From: an uncultured Gemmatimonadaceae bacterium | Lineage (GTDB): Bacteria; Gemmatimonadota; Gemmatimonadetes; Gemmatimonadales; Gemmatimonadaceae | Assembly: GCA_963740355.1 (NCBI GenBank) | Contig: CAVUDW010000002.1 | Span: forward strand, 352,001-416,000 | Reading direction: 5' to 3' | Length of the DNA stretch: 64,000 bases | In this document: positions 27,784 to 37,332 of the stretch, in pieces | Layout: the number at the start of each line of letters is the position of its first letter | Position numbering within the stretch: the first letter of the stretch is position 1 | The notes under the pieces: model-generated | The model's input: the letters and a program-made list of their open reading frames with translations, nothing else | Database searches by the model: none | What the model was told of the DNA's origin: nothing | Program-made: the position numbers and the translations under genes

Positions 27784-27901
27784 CTGGCGGCGCCGTTAGT
27801 GCCCCGAACGCGGCTGTGTGCTCGGGGCAGCGGCAGGGTGTGCAAGTTTTTTCAGGTCCCGCCTCTCCCAACGCACCCTCCAACCAATTGGGAGATTTCG
27901 A

Positions 27902-28117
27902 ATGAACATCCGCTCGATGCGCCTCGGCGCCGCCGCACTCGCCACCATCGCCCTCGCTGCCTGCACCAAGCCGGCGGACAAGCCGGCCGTCACCGACAGC
28001 ACGGCGCCGGCCAACGCCACGCCGACCGTCGTCGATTCGGCCGTCAAGGCCGATTCGACGGCCCCGAAGCCAGTCACGGATTCGGCCAAGCCCGCCGTCG
28101 ACAGCGCCAAGAAGTAA
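27902..28117 (+). CDS. Small low-complexity lipoprotein
   Basis: GGAG RBS, signal with LAAC lipobox, Pro/Ala/Thr-rich tail, terminator downstream. Confidence 0.8.
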   Translation: MNIRSMRLGAAALATIALAACTKPADKPAVTDSTAPANATPTVVDSAVKADSTAPKPVTDSAKPAVDSAKK

Positions 28118-28148
28118 GGCGACGTACCCGTAGCACTGTTTGTAATTG

Positions 28149-28190
28149 ACGAAGGGAGGCCGTGCGCGCTTGCGGCCTCCCTTCGTTGTG
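28149..28190 (+). terminator. Intrinsic terminator
   Basis: 14-bp stem acgaagggaggccg / cggcctcccttcgt followed by tgtg. Confidence 0.7.
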
Positions 28191-28297
28191 CTCGTCTGCG
28201 CGTGATCGCGAGTTGCGCGAAACCGCCGCAGCGTCTGGGCGTAGGGCGGGAGGTGCCGTGATCGCGTGCGGCTGACGCCTCACAACCGGCTCCACTC

Positions 28298-29099
28298 ATG
28301 AAGAAGACGATCGCTCGCCCTTCTGTTGCTCACGGCAGCAGTCCCTGTTGTCGCGCAGTCTTCGGCAGCCAATCCCCCAGCTGACACGCCGATCGGCGCC
28401 AGCAAGCGACGCGAAGTGGTCGGGAGTTACGCCCTTCTGCAAGCCGGCCGGAGCGATACGAGTTGGTTTCGCGTCTTCGAGCAGGATGGTCGCGTGCACG
28501 GCCAGATGCGGGACAACTCGCCGACGCTGTTGCTGCATCAGGGCGGGCAGCGGTTCGTCCCTGCCGACGCGCCAGACTACGTCGTGCGATTCACGCCTGT
28601 GCACGGTACGGCAACGATGGCGATCATCGAGGGGCCTGGTGTCACGATGACTGGCCGCCGTGCCACGCGCCCAGCCGCAACCGATCCAAGCATCTCGGGC
28701 CCGCTCTTCGACGAGATGATCCGTGCCGACAGTCTCCTCTTCGAGGCCGCATACGTCACCTGTGACACGGCCTCCATCAACGCCATGCTGACCGATGACA
28801 TCGAGTTCTACCACGACAAGACGGGCTTTCACGTCGGTGACGTGGTGCGCGGCGATTTCGCCCGACTCGCCGCGGATTGTCCGCGCAAGCATGGCGTCAC
28901 GCGTGTGTTGCGACGGGGTACGATGCGGGTGTACCCGATCAAGGATTACGGCGTCGTGCAGATGGGCGAGCACGACTTCCGCGTCAATGGCAAGCCAGGC
29001 AGTGCGGCGCGGTTCGTCAATCTCTGGACCAAGCGTAGCGGCCACTGGCAGGTGAGCCGCGTGTTGAGCTTCGACCACCTGCCGGTGCCCGGACAGTAG
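28298..29099 (+). CDS. NTF2/DUF4440 domain protein; probable +1 frameshift just after the ATG (or alternative TTG start at 28326)
   Basis: DSLLFEAAY..CD, DIEFYHDKTG, VQMGEHDF, WQVSRVLSFDH; signal peptide split across frames. Confidence 0.75.
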
Positions 29100-29140
29100 C
29101 CCATCGCCTGAGAGGGCTCGGCGGGCGCTAGCTTGTGTGG

Positions 29141-30286
29141 GTGTCTACCACCTGGTCTGCCTTCGCGATCACCGCTCCCGGAATCGCCCCCGTCACCGCC
29201 GCCGAGCTGGCCGCGCTCGACATCCCGCACGAACCACCCACACCTGATGGCGTGGCGTTTCAGGCGGATTTTCGGACGATTGCCCTCGCAAACCTCTGGC
29301 TGCGCACTGCCTCGCGCATCATCGTGCGCCTCGGCGAGTTCAAGGCGCAGGGTTTCGCTGACCTGGAGAAGGGCGCGGCGAAGCTGCCATGGGGCAAGGT
29401 GTTGCTTCCCGGCCAGCCGATCGCCGTCCGCGTCACCTGTCGCAAGTCGCGGCTCTACCACTCCGATGCGGTCGCCGAGCGAGTCGCACGACAGATCTCG
29501 AAGCACTTCGGTGTCGATGCTCCTGTCGTTCGCCTGACCGACAGCGACGACGACGATGCGCCGACTGACGAAGCGCAGCGCATCCTCGTTCGTGTGGTGC
29601 ACGACATCTGCACCATCAGCGCCGACACCTCGGGCGAGTTACTGCATCGCCGTGGCTATCGGCAGGCTGTCGCCAAGGCGCCGCTGCGTGAGACCGTCGC
29701 GGCTGCCTGCCTGCTCGCCTGCGACTACGACGGCAGCACGCCCTTCATCGACCCGATGTGCGGTTCGGGCACCTTCCCGATCGAAGCGGCGCTGATCGCA
29801 CGAAAGCAGGCCCCAGGTCGCGCGCGGCCGTTTGCCTTCGAGCATTGGCCCGGCGCTGACCGCGACGTGTTGCCGGGACTTCGTCGCTCGACCAAGGCGG
29901 GCGGTATCGACGTGGTGGATCTGCCACTGGTCGGCAGCGACCGCGATCCAGGTGCGATTCGCATGTCGCGCGAGAATGCCGCGCGTGCGGGTGTCGAGTC
30001 GATGATTCAGTTCGAGCAGGTCACGCTCGATTCACTCGAGCCGCCGGCCGAGTCCGGCCTCTGGTGCAGCAACGCGCCGTACGGGCGTCGGGTCGGGAAC
30101 ACCGATGCACTCACGGGCCTGTTCGTGCAGATCGGCAAGCTGGCGCGTGGTGCGTTCGCCGAGTGGCGCGTGGCGTTGTTGATGGCCGAGCAGAGTCACG
30201 TGAAGGCGCTGCAATCGCCGACCACCGAGATCCTGCATACGCGGGTGGGCGGGATTCAGGTGGGGTTTTACGGGATAGAGGTTTAG
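29141..30286 (+). CDS. THUMP-domain class I SAM RNA methyltransferase (RlmL-like)
   Basis: ANLWLRTASRI, LHRRGYR...KAPLRETVAA, DPMCGSGT, NAPYG. Confidence 0.9.
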   Translation: MSTTWSAFAITAPGIAPVTAAELAALDIPHEPPTPDGVAFQADFRTIALANLWLRTASRIIVRLGEFKAQGFADLEKGAAKLPWGKVLLPGQPIAVRVTCRKSRLYHSDAVAERVARQISKHFGVDAPVVRLTDSDDDDAPTDEAQRILVRVVHDICTISADTSGELLHRRGYRQAVAKAPLRETVAAACLLACDYDGSTPFIDPMCGSGTFPIEAALIARKQAPGRARPFAFEHWPGADRDVLPGLRRSTKAGGIDVVDLPLVGSDRDPGAIRMSRENAARAGVESMIQFEQVTLDSLEPPAESGLWCSNAPYGRRVGNTDALTGLFVQIGKLARGAFAEWRVALLMAEQSHVKALQSPTTEILHTRVGGIQVGFYGIEV

Positions 30287-30556
30287 CAGAGACTGACATA
30301 CCACGCGCGGAATGTGAGGTCGCCGTCGAGCGCCTCGGTTGCCTCACTACGGCAGCCACAATGCGAGCGCGGGCACTCTGCAAGCAGCGTGTGCCAGCCC
30401 CTCGTGTGGTTTGAGTCGTCGACAAAGCACACGGGATGCATTGCAACTATTGCCGCATCCACAACGATGCTATCGTTAGCTTGAGTCCTCGAGAGCAGTC
30501 GCTGACACGACTGCGAAAAATGCGCCAGTCCGAATCTCCTTTTGTGATTGATTAAA

Positions 30557-31372
30557 ATGGCAGCAATCGAGTCACCGCCTCCCCCCCCTGTGGGCGCAAG
30601 AACGGATCCGGCCTTTTGGGATGCGCAATGGGATGATCGTGACAGTCGCGCATTAGCGCATCGTCTTTTCCACGCGCGCGACTTCGGTGCCGGTGGATCG
30701 TTCCTTCGGATGATGGATCGGCACGTCGGCCTCGGCCAGCTCCATAACGCCAAGGTTGTCGAACTTGGCGGCGCCGCATCAAAGTTTCTGGTCGATCTGG
30801 CGCTGCATGCTGGTGCTCGTGTGACAGCCGTTGACTACTCCGAGACCGGCGTGCGTCAAACGGAGCAGCTGTTTCGTGCCCGTGGGGTCGATGGTGAAGC
30901 AGTGATGGCTGACATGTTCAACTGGCATGGTCGCGACAATGAATTCGATGTCGCTGTCCATTGGGGACTGCTTGAACACTTCGAGAGTCCTGACGCCGTG
31001 CTCAGTGTAACGGCGTCCGTCTTGAAGCCGGGTGGCGTCGCAGTGTTCTCCATGCCAAATCTCGAGGCGTACGGCGCGAGGATCTGGAAGTACGTATCGC
31101 CAGACAATTTCTCCAAGCACATCTTCCATACGGATGCAGACGTCGCTCGAGCCTGCGCCGCGGCTGGCCTCGAGCTCACCAGCACGTTCCACTGCGGTCT
31201 GCCGCTGATTCGCATGGCGCCAGCAGAGCACCGCGGAATTGTCTCGGTCGGCGCCGACGTCGTGCATGCAGCTGCGTGCCTGCTTGGCACGCTTCGGCCT
31301 GGTCTTTTCACTGGCGGGCTGCGCCACATCTCGAATACACGCGGGTTCGTCGCCAGAAAGACAGCGACCTGA
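30557..31372 (+). CDS. Class I SAM-dependent methyltransferase
   Basis: VVELGGAA motif I, VDYS, GLLEHF, LKPGG...SMPN. Confidence 0.85.
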   Translation: MAAIESPPPPPVGARTDPAFWDAQWDDRDSRALAHRLFHARDFGAGGSFLRMMDRHVGLGQLHNAKVVELGGAASKFLVDLALHAGARVTAVDYSETGVRQTEQLFRARGVDGEAVMADMFNWHGRDNEFDVAVHWGLLEHFESPDAVLSVTASVLKPGGVAVFSMPNLEAYGARIWKYVSPDNFSKHIFHTDADVARACAAAGLELTSTFHCGLPLIRMAPAEHRGIVSVGADVVHAAACLLGTLRPGLFTGGLRHISNTRGFVARKTAT

Positions 31373-31415
31373 GCTGCGAGCGCGAACGCAAATCGACAAC
31401 GGCGATGCGGCCGCG

Positions 31416-34055
31416 CTATTCCCGCGCGATGCTGTCCAGTTCCGCGAACCAGTTGAACACCACTCGCAGTTGCCGCCCCGTCGTCGGATCCGCCTTCACC
31501 ATGATGAACGTCCCGTCAGGACTCACCGCCCAATTCGCCGACTGACTGAAGTCGAACGGACCGCTGAAGAGGAGCTGCGGTGATCGCAGCGCGGCAAAGT
31601 CCGGGCGCGTGCGAACTGCGACGCTCATGAGACGCGTGCCAGCGCGATAAAAAAGTTCTTTGCCATCGGCAGACCACTGTGGCTCGACGCCGCCACGGGA
31701 CGAGATGAGGACCGCCGCTCCATTGCCGACATACGGCAGCACATAGACCTCGTTCGCGCCAGACACGTCGGAGGTGTAGGCGAGCCATCGGCCATCCGGC
31801 GAGAGGGCCGGATCCCGGTCATCGCCGGGGGATTGAACGAGGGGTGTCGTCGTGCTGTCTCCAACTCGGCTGCGTGCGATGTCACCGCCGATCTGGTCCG
31901 GACGGTCGTTGATCAGCGTGCCGATGAATTCATCGGTGCGAGTCCAGGTCTTGGCGGCAAAGTCGAGCCACGGTTTCGCCGCAATCGGCCTGAACGCGAG
32001 ATGATGCTCGGCGCCCTGCTGCGCAAGCGTCCAGCGCATGGTGGCGCGCCCGATAGGGTACTGGATATAGGCAATGCGTGTCCCGTCCCATGACCAGATC
32101 GGCTGAATGGAGTGCACACCATCGGTCGTCAACGGCACCGCCTGACCCAGCGCCGGATCGATGAGCCAGATTACCGATGGGCGCGGATCGACCGTGACCG
32201 CGATCCGCTTCCCATCCGGCGACACGGACGGGAAGCGATAGCCGCGTGGTTCGACGTTGATCGGCGTCTCACGCCCATAGCGGTCGACACGCACCAGCGT
32301 GCGCTGAAATCCGCCTGGCATGTAGATCAGCGTGCCAGTCTGAGAGACGGCGAAGTAGCCAGCGCCGCCGCCCGGGCCACGAAAGGCTTCGAACACCGGC
32401 ACCGATGTGCCGCTCGTCACGGTGTTCTCGACGTCGAATCGCACGACGCGCACGCGACCTTCGTTGTCGTCGAAGAGCAGGTGCCCCGACGGCAGGTAAC
32501 GACCCTGCCGACCTTTGCCCACGATGCGAATGTCTCCCGACGCCAGATCCATCACGCCGACACCGGAATCCGTACTGATCAGGGCGCGGTCCTTACCGGG
32601 CAGGAACGACGGGAACTTGAGTGGCCCGAGGGCCAACCGCCGCATGCTGTCTGCGGGAAATACCGCGACGTTGGTCGACGTGCCCCCGTCGGCACGCGTG
32701 CGATGCAGCGTCCCATCGCTGAGTGCAAAGAGAATCGTCCCATCAGGACCCCAGTCGGCGCCGAGTTCACCCGGCTGCACGTCAGTCAGGTCGATCGGCG
32801 CGCCACCCGATCGCGGCACCTTCCGCAGTTTCGTGCGCGCAAAGAACCCGATCCATGCGCCGTCCGGTGAAAAGAACGGAGAACTCGCGCCCTCCGTCCC
32901 CGGAAGTACATGTGAGATCGTGTCGGCCAGCGCGCGCAGGAACAGTTGCGCCTTTCCGCTGTCGTCACCCACATACACGATGTACGCCCCGTCTGGCGAT
33001 ATCGCCAAGGGATAGTTTCCAATCGATAGCAATTGGTCGCGTGCCAGTGGAATGACCGTGCGTGCCACCGTGCCCTGGCTGCGCGGGGGTTCAGGCGGTG
33101 CGCCGATCCAGTATCCCGCTGCGGCAGCGGCGACGACCGCAGTCGCGCCGATCATCCACCAACGCGCTGCCGCGCTGGTGAACGCCTTCTCGCCGGCGGC
33201 ACGCACGCCTCCGGTCTCATTCCCGCCTCGCAGCGCGTCCGCAAACAGCGCCGCGCTTGCGAATCGATCCGCCGCCACCCGCTGCAGTGCCCCGTCGATC
33301 GCCCTCGCAACGTATTCCGGCACCGTCGGCCGCAGTGTGACGATCGGCGTCGGCGCCGTCGTCATCATCTTCGCCACGATCACCTGCGCCGACTCGCCCG
33401 TGAACGGCGGTTCGCCGGCCAACATCTCGTACAGGATCGCACCGAGCGCGAAGATGTCGGTGCGCGCGGTGATGTGTTTCTCGCCCATCGCCTGCTCGGG
33501 ACTCATGTAGTGCGGCGTGCCCACACTCATCCCGGTCTCTGTCAGGCGCACGTCGCCCGTCGTGCGCGCCAGCGCTAGCGCAATACCGAAGTCGGCCACC
33601 ATCGCGCGACCGTCGTGCAACAGCACGTTCTCGGGCTTTACATCGCGATGCACCACACCGTGCCGATGTGCATAGTCCAGTGCATCGGCGACTTCCCGCG
33701 CGATGCGCACGGCATCGCTGACGGGCAGCTGCCCTTCGCGCTCCAGCCGGTCGCGCAGCGTCTCGCCCTCGATGAACGGCATCACGTAGTACACGCTGCC
33801 CGCCGCTTCACCGGAGTCGAACAGCGGCACGATGTGCGGATGCTGCAGGTTCGCGGTCGTGCGGATCTCCCGCAGGAATCGCTCGGCGCCCGTGCGTTGC
33901 GACAGGTCCGGTCGCAGCACCTTGATCGCGACGCGTCGCGCGTGCCGGATGTCGGTCGCCAGCAGGACCGTCGCCATCCCGCCGGCGCCGATCTCACGCT
34001 CGATGGTGTAGCGATCCGCCAAGGCGGCGGCGAGCCGATCCGCTGCGGCGCTCAT
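31416..34055 (-). CDS. Hanks-type Ser/Thr protein kinase with TM helix and TolB/PD40 beta-propeller
   Basis: IGAGGMATV, VAIKV, HRDVKPEN, DFG, GTPHYMSPE; repeated SPDG blades. Confidence 0.95.
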   Translation of the reverse strand: MSAAADRLAAALADRYTIEREIGAGGMATVLLATDIRHARRVAIKVLRPDLSQRTGAERFLREIRTTANLQHPHIVPLFDSGEAAGSVYYVMPFIEGETLRDRLEREGQLPVSDAVRIAREVADALDYAHRHGVVHRDVKPENVLLHDGRAMVADFGIALALARTTGDVRLTETGMSVGTPHYMSPEQAMGEKHITARTDIFALGAILYEMLAGEPPFTGESAQVIVAKMMTTAPTPIVTLRPTVPEYVARAIDGALQRVAADRFASAALFADALRGGNETGGVRAAGEKAFTSAAARWWMIGATAVVAAAAAGYWIGAPPEPPRSQGTVARTVIPLARDQLLSIGNYPLAISPDGAYIVYVGDDSGKAQLFLRALADTISHVLPGTEGASSPFFSPDGAWIGFFARTKLRKVPRSGGAPIDLTDVQPGELGADWGPDGTILFALSDGTLHRTRADGGTSTNVAVFPADSMRRLALGPLKFPSFLPGKDRALISTDSGVGVMDLASGDIRIVGKGRQGRYLPSGHLLFDDNEGRVRVVRFDVENTVTSGTSVPVFEAFRGPGGGAGYFAVSQTGTLIYMPGGFQRTLVRVDRYGRETPINVEPRGYRFPSVSPDGKRIAVTVDPRPSVIWLIDPALGQAVPLTTDGVHSIQPIWSWDGTRIAYIQYPIGRATMRWTLAQQGAEHHLAFRPIAAKPWLDFAAKTWTRTDEFIGTLINDRPDQIGGDIARSRVGDSTTTPLVQSPGDDRDPALSPDGRWLAYTSDVSGANEVYVLPYVGNGAAVLISSRGGVEPQWSADGKELFYRAGTRLMSVAVRTRPDFAALRSPQLLFSGPFDFSQSANWAVSPDGTFIMVKADPTTGRQLRVVFNWFAELDSIARE

Positions 34056-34197
34056 CGAGGGAGTCCAGGACGACGGAGCCAGACGGCACCGGGCGCGACT
34101 GCCGGCTGCACGGGATCGCGGAGCATGAACGGAGGCTGAAGGGGGCCCACCTCGACGTGACGGCCGGAACCTATCCCAATGCCACCAAACGCCAGAG

Positions 34198-34350
34198 CTA
34201 CCCCCGCCGGCAGCGCTCCGAGCAGAATTTCACCTGGTCCCAGTCCCGCTCCCACTTCTTGCGCCAGCTGAACGGCCGCCCACATCGCAGGCAGACCTTT
34301 TCGGGCCGCTCAGACGGCGGACGGGCTCGGTTCGGGCGCTTGGGGGGCAT
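34198..34350 (-). CDS. DUF2256 domain small protein (50 aa; absent from ORF track)
   Basis: Manual translation [50 protein letters not shown] matches the DUF2256 pattern. Confidence 0.9.
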   Translation of the reverse strand: MPPKRPNRARPPSERPEKVCLRCGRPFSWRKKWERDWDQVKFCSERCRRG

Positions 34351-34435
34351 GCCGGTCGAAGCCCCGCACTGGCCCACCGGTTCCCCGCCAGTCCGGCGAG
34401 GGCAAACCCCCTGTCAGCCACAATAGATTTGGCGC

Positions 34436-37210
34436 ATGGCTGACACCCCTATCACGACCAGTGCCTTCAACGACGGCTATGTCGCCGAGATGTTCGAGGC
34501 CTACCGCGCCGACCCGACCAGCGTCGACGAGTCCTGGCGACAGTTCTTCCGCCTCGCTGCCCAGTTCAGCGGAGGCGCCCCTGCCGCCCTCACGCCGTCG
34601 ACCACCGACTCCGATCCCGAGCTTCCGCGCCTCGCCGCCTCGGCGGCGTCCCTGGCACAGAACATCCGCATCTTCGGGCATCTGGCCGTCCCGCTCGATC
34701 CGCTCGGCACATCACCGCTTGGTGCCGCCGAACTGACGCCGGAATACCACAAGATCACGGCCGCCGATCTGTCGCGCGTTCCGGCCGCCTCGCTTGGCTA
34801 CAGCAACGATGCGCGGTTCAAGACCGCGGCCGATGTGATTGCGATGCTCCGCCGTCGCTATTCGTCGAGACTCGCGCTCGAAGTGATGCACCTGCCTGAT
34901 GAAACGGAGCGCCTCTGGTTCCGCACCATCCTGCGCGAGGAGAAGCTCACCCGTCAGCTGACAGCGGCCGAGAAGGTCGATGTCCTGAAGCGTCTCACGC
35001 AGGTCGATGGCCTCGAGCGCTTCCTCGGTCGTGCCTATCAGGGCAAGAAGCGCTTCAGCATCGAAGGCACCGATGCACTGGTGCCGATGCTCGATACGGC
35101 GATCACCGAAGCGTCGGAAAACGGCACCACGCAAGTCGTGATCGGCATGGCGCATCGTGGCCGACTCAACGTGCTCACGAACGTGATGGGCAAGCCGTAC
35201 GCGAACCTCTTCTCCGAGTTCGAAGGGCGCCACGGCGCCGCACCGGACAGCGAGACGGGTGACGTGAAATACCATATGGGCTATGAAGGTTCGCGTGTGC
35301 TGCCGACCGGCGCCAAGGTCGGCATGACACTGGTGCCGAACCCGAGCCATCTCGAATTTGCGAACCCGGTCATCAACGGTGTCGCGCGTGCCCGCCAGCG
35401 CATCAAGGGCACCGAAGGCAAGCGTGACCCGAAGGCAGTGCTGACGGTGTGCGTGCACGGCGACGCAGCCTTCATCGGCGAAGGCGTGGTGGCCGAGACG
35501 TTCAACATGAGCCGCCTCCGTGGTTTTGAAGTCGGCGGCACGCTGCACATCATCTCGAACAACCAGGTTGGCTTCACCACCGACCCGATCGACGCCCGCA
35601 GCACGCACTACGCCAGCGACCTTGCGAAGGGTTTCGATGTGCCGATCGTGCACGTCAACGCGGACGACGCCGAGGCCTGCGTGATGGCGGTGCGCATCGC
35701 CATCGCCTATCGCACCCGCTTCGGCAAGGACTTCCTCATCGACCTCGTCGGGTATCGTCGCTGGGGTCACAACGAGACCGACGAGCCGCTCTTCACGCAG
35801 CCGGAGCTCTACGCGCGCATCAAGGCGCATCCGACGCCGCGCCAGGTGTGGGGTTCACGCCTCGTGCGTGATGGTGTGATGACGAAGGCCGATGTCGACG
35901 CGATGGACGCCGACTTCGCCAAGTCGCTCGAAGCCATCTTCGATACCGTGCGCAAGGCGGACGATTCACACGACGAGCACCTGCCGAATCCGCCCGCACC
36001 GGCCCCCGTCCAGACGAACGTCGCCGCCGGTCGCCTGAAGGCGCTCAACGAGGCGCTGCTGACCTGGCCGAAGGAATTCACGCCCAACCCGCGGCTCGCG
36101 AAGACCCTCGAGCGCCGTCGCGAGGGCCTCGAGAAGTCGATCGACTGGGGGCATGCCGAGGCGCTCGCATTCGGAACGCTGCTGCAGGAGGGGATGAACA
36201 TCCGCCTCACCGGACAGGATGTCGAACGTGGCACGTTCAGCCATCGCCAGGCGGTCCTGCATGATGCCAACACGTACACGACCTACACGCCGCTCCAGCA
36301 TGTGCCCGACGCCAAGGCGTCGATGGAAATCGCGAACAGCCCACTCAGTGAAACCGCAGTGATGGGTTTCGAATACGGCTTCAGCACTGCCGCACCGGAT
36401 ACCCTCGTCTGCTGGGAAGCACAGTTCGGTGACTTCGCCAACGTCGCGGCGCCGATCATCGACCAGTTCCTGGTGGCTGACCGTGCCAAGTGGCATCAGG
36501 ACTCCGGACTGGTCTTGCTGCTGCCGCATGGTTACGAAGGGCAGGGGCCAGAGCATTCGTCTGCACGACTGGAGCGATTCCTTCAGCAATGCGCCGAAGG
36601 AAACATGACGGTCGCCTATCCCTCCACGCCGGCGCAGTATTTCCACCTGCTCCGTCGCCAGGCGCTGCGCACGTCACGCCGCCCGATGGTGCTGATGCAG
36701 CCGAAGTCGATGCTGCGCCTGCCGGATGCGATGAGCGGCATTGCCGATCTTGCGACTGGCGGATTCCAGCCCGTGATCGACGATGCCTCCACCAAGGGTC
36801 GCGAAAAGAAGGTCACGCGACTGGTCGCCTGCACCGGCAAGATCTACCACGAAATCCGCGCCGCGAATCCAGAGCCGCATGTGGCCGTGGTTCGCATCGA
36901 GGAGTTGTATCCGTGGCCACACGAGGAAGTTCAGGCAGTGATCGATCGCTACCCGAACCTCGCCGAAGTGGTCTGGACACAGGAAGAGCCGAAGAACATG
37001 GGCGCCTGGACCTTCGTCGAGCCGCGCATGCGGATGGCGACGGGCAACGCGCTCACGCTTCGGTACGCCGGTCGTCCGGAGCGTGCCAGCCCCGCCGAAG
37101 GCTACGAGGCGTCACACAAGGCGGATCAGGCGCGCATCATCGCCGAGGCGTTGGCCCCCGTGCCGACACCCGCAGCACCGAAGGCCCGGAAGGCGTCAGC
37201 CACTCGCTGA
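34436..37210 (+). CDS. sucA: 2-oxoglutarate dehydrogenase E1 component
   Basis: KRFSIEG, GMAHRGRLN, GDVKYH, HGDAAF, WEAQFGDF, PHGYEGQGPEHSSAR. Confidence 0.97.
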   Translation: MADTPITTSAFNDGYVAEMFEAYRADPTSVDESWRQFFRLAAQFSGGAPAALTPSTTDSDPELPRLAASAASLAQNIRIFGHLAVPLDPLGTSPLGAAELTPEYHKITAADLSRVPAASLGYSNDARFKTAADVIAMLRRRYSSRLALEVMHLPDETERLWFRTILREEKLTRQLTAAEKVDVLKRLTQVDGLERFLGRAYQGKKRFSIEGTDALVPMLDTAITEASENGTTQVVIGMAHRGRLNVLTNVMGKPYANLFSEFEGRHGAAPDSETGDVKYHMGYEGSRVLPTGAKVGMTLVPNPSHLEFANPVINGVARARQRIKGTEGKRDPKAVLTVCVHGDAAFIGEGVVAETFNMSRLRGFEVGGTLHIISNNQVGFTTDPIDARSTHYASDLAKGFDVPIVHVNADDAEACVMAVRIAIAYRTRFGKDFLIDLVGYRRWGHNETDEPLFTQPELYARIKAHPTPRQVWGSRLVRDGVMTKADVDAMDADFAKSLEAIFDTVRKADDSHDEHLPNPPAPAPVQTNVAAGRLKALNEALLTWPKEFTPNPRLAKTLERRREGLEKSIDWGHAEALAFGTLLQEGMNIRLTGQDVERGTFSHRQAVLHDANTYTTYTPLQHVPDAKASMEIANSPLSETAVMGFEYGFSTAAPDTLVCWEAQFGDFANVAAPIIDQFLVADRAKWHQDSGLVLLLPHGYEGQGPEHSSARLERFLQQCAEGNMTVAYPSTPAQYFHLLRRQALRTSRRPMVLMQPKSMLRLPDAMSGIADLATGGFQPVIDDASTKGREKKVTRLVACTGKIYHEIRAANPEPHVAVVRIEELYPWPHEEVQAVIDRYPNLAEVVWTQEEPKNMGAWTFVEPRMRMATGNALTLRYAGRPERASPAEGYEASHKADQARIIAEALAPVPTPAAPKARKASATR

Positions 37211-37332
37211 CGGCTTCCGGTAGCAAGCTCGCTTCATCAGACGCGGCGCGTTCGTCATTGCACCATCGACGGACGCGCCGCCGTGCGCAGCGGCCCGCTC
37301 ACGCGGGTCGTCCCGTTTTCTCATAGTCCGCG

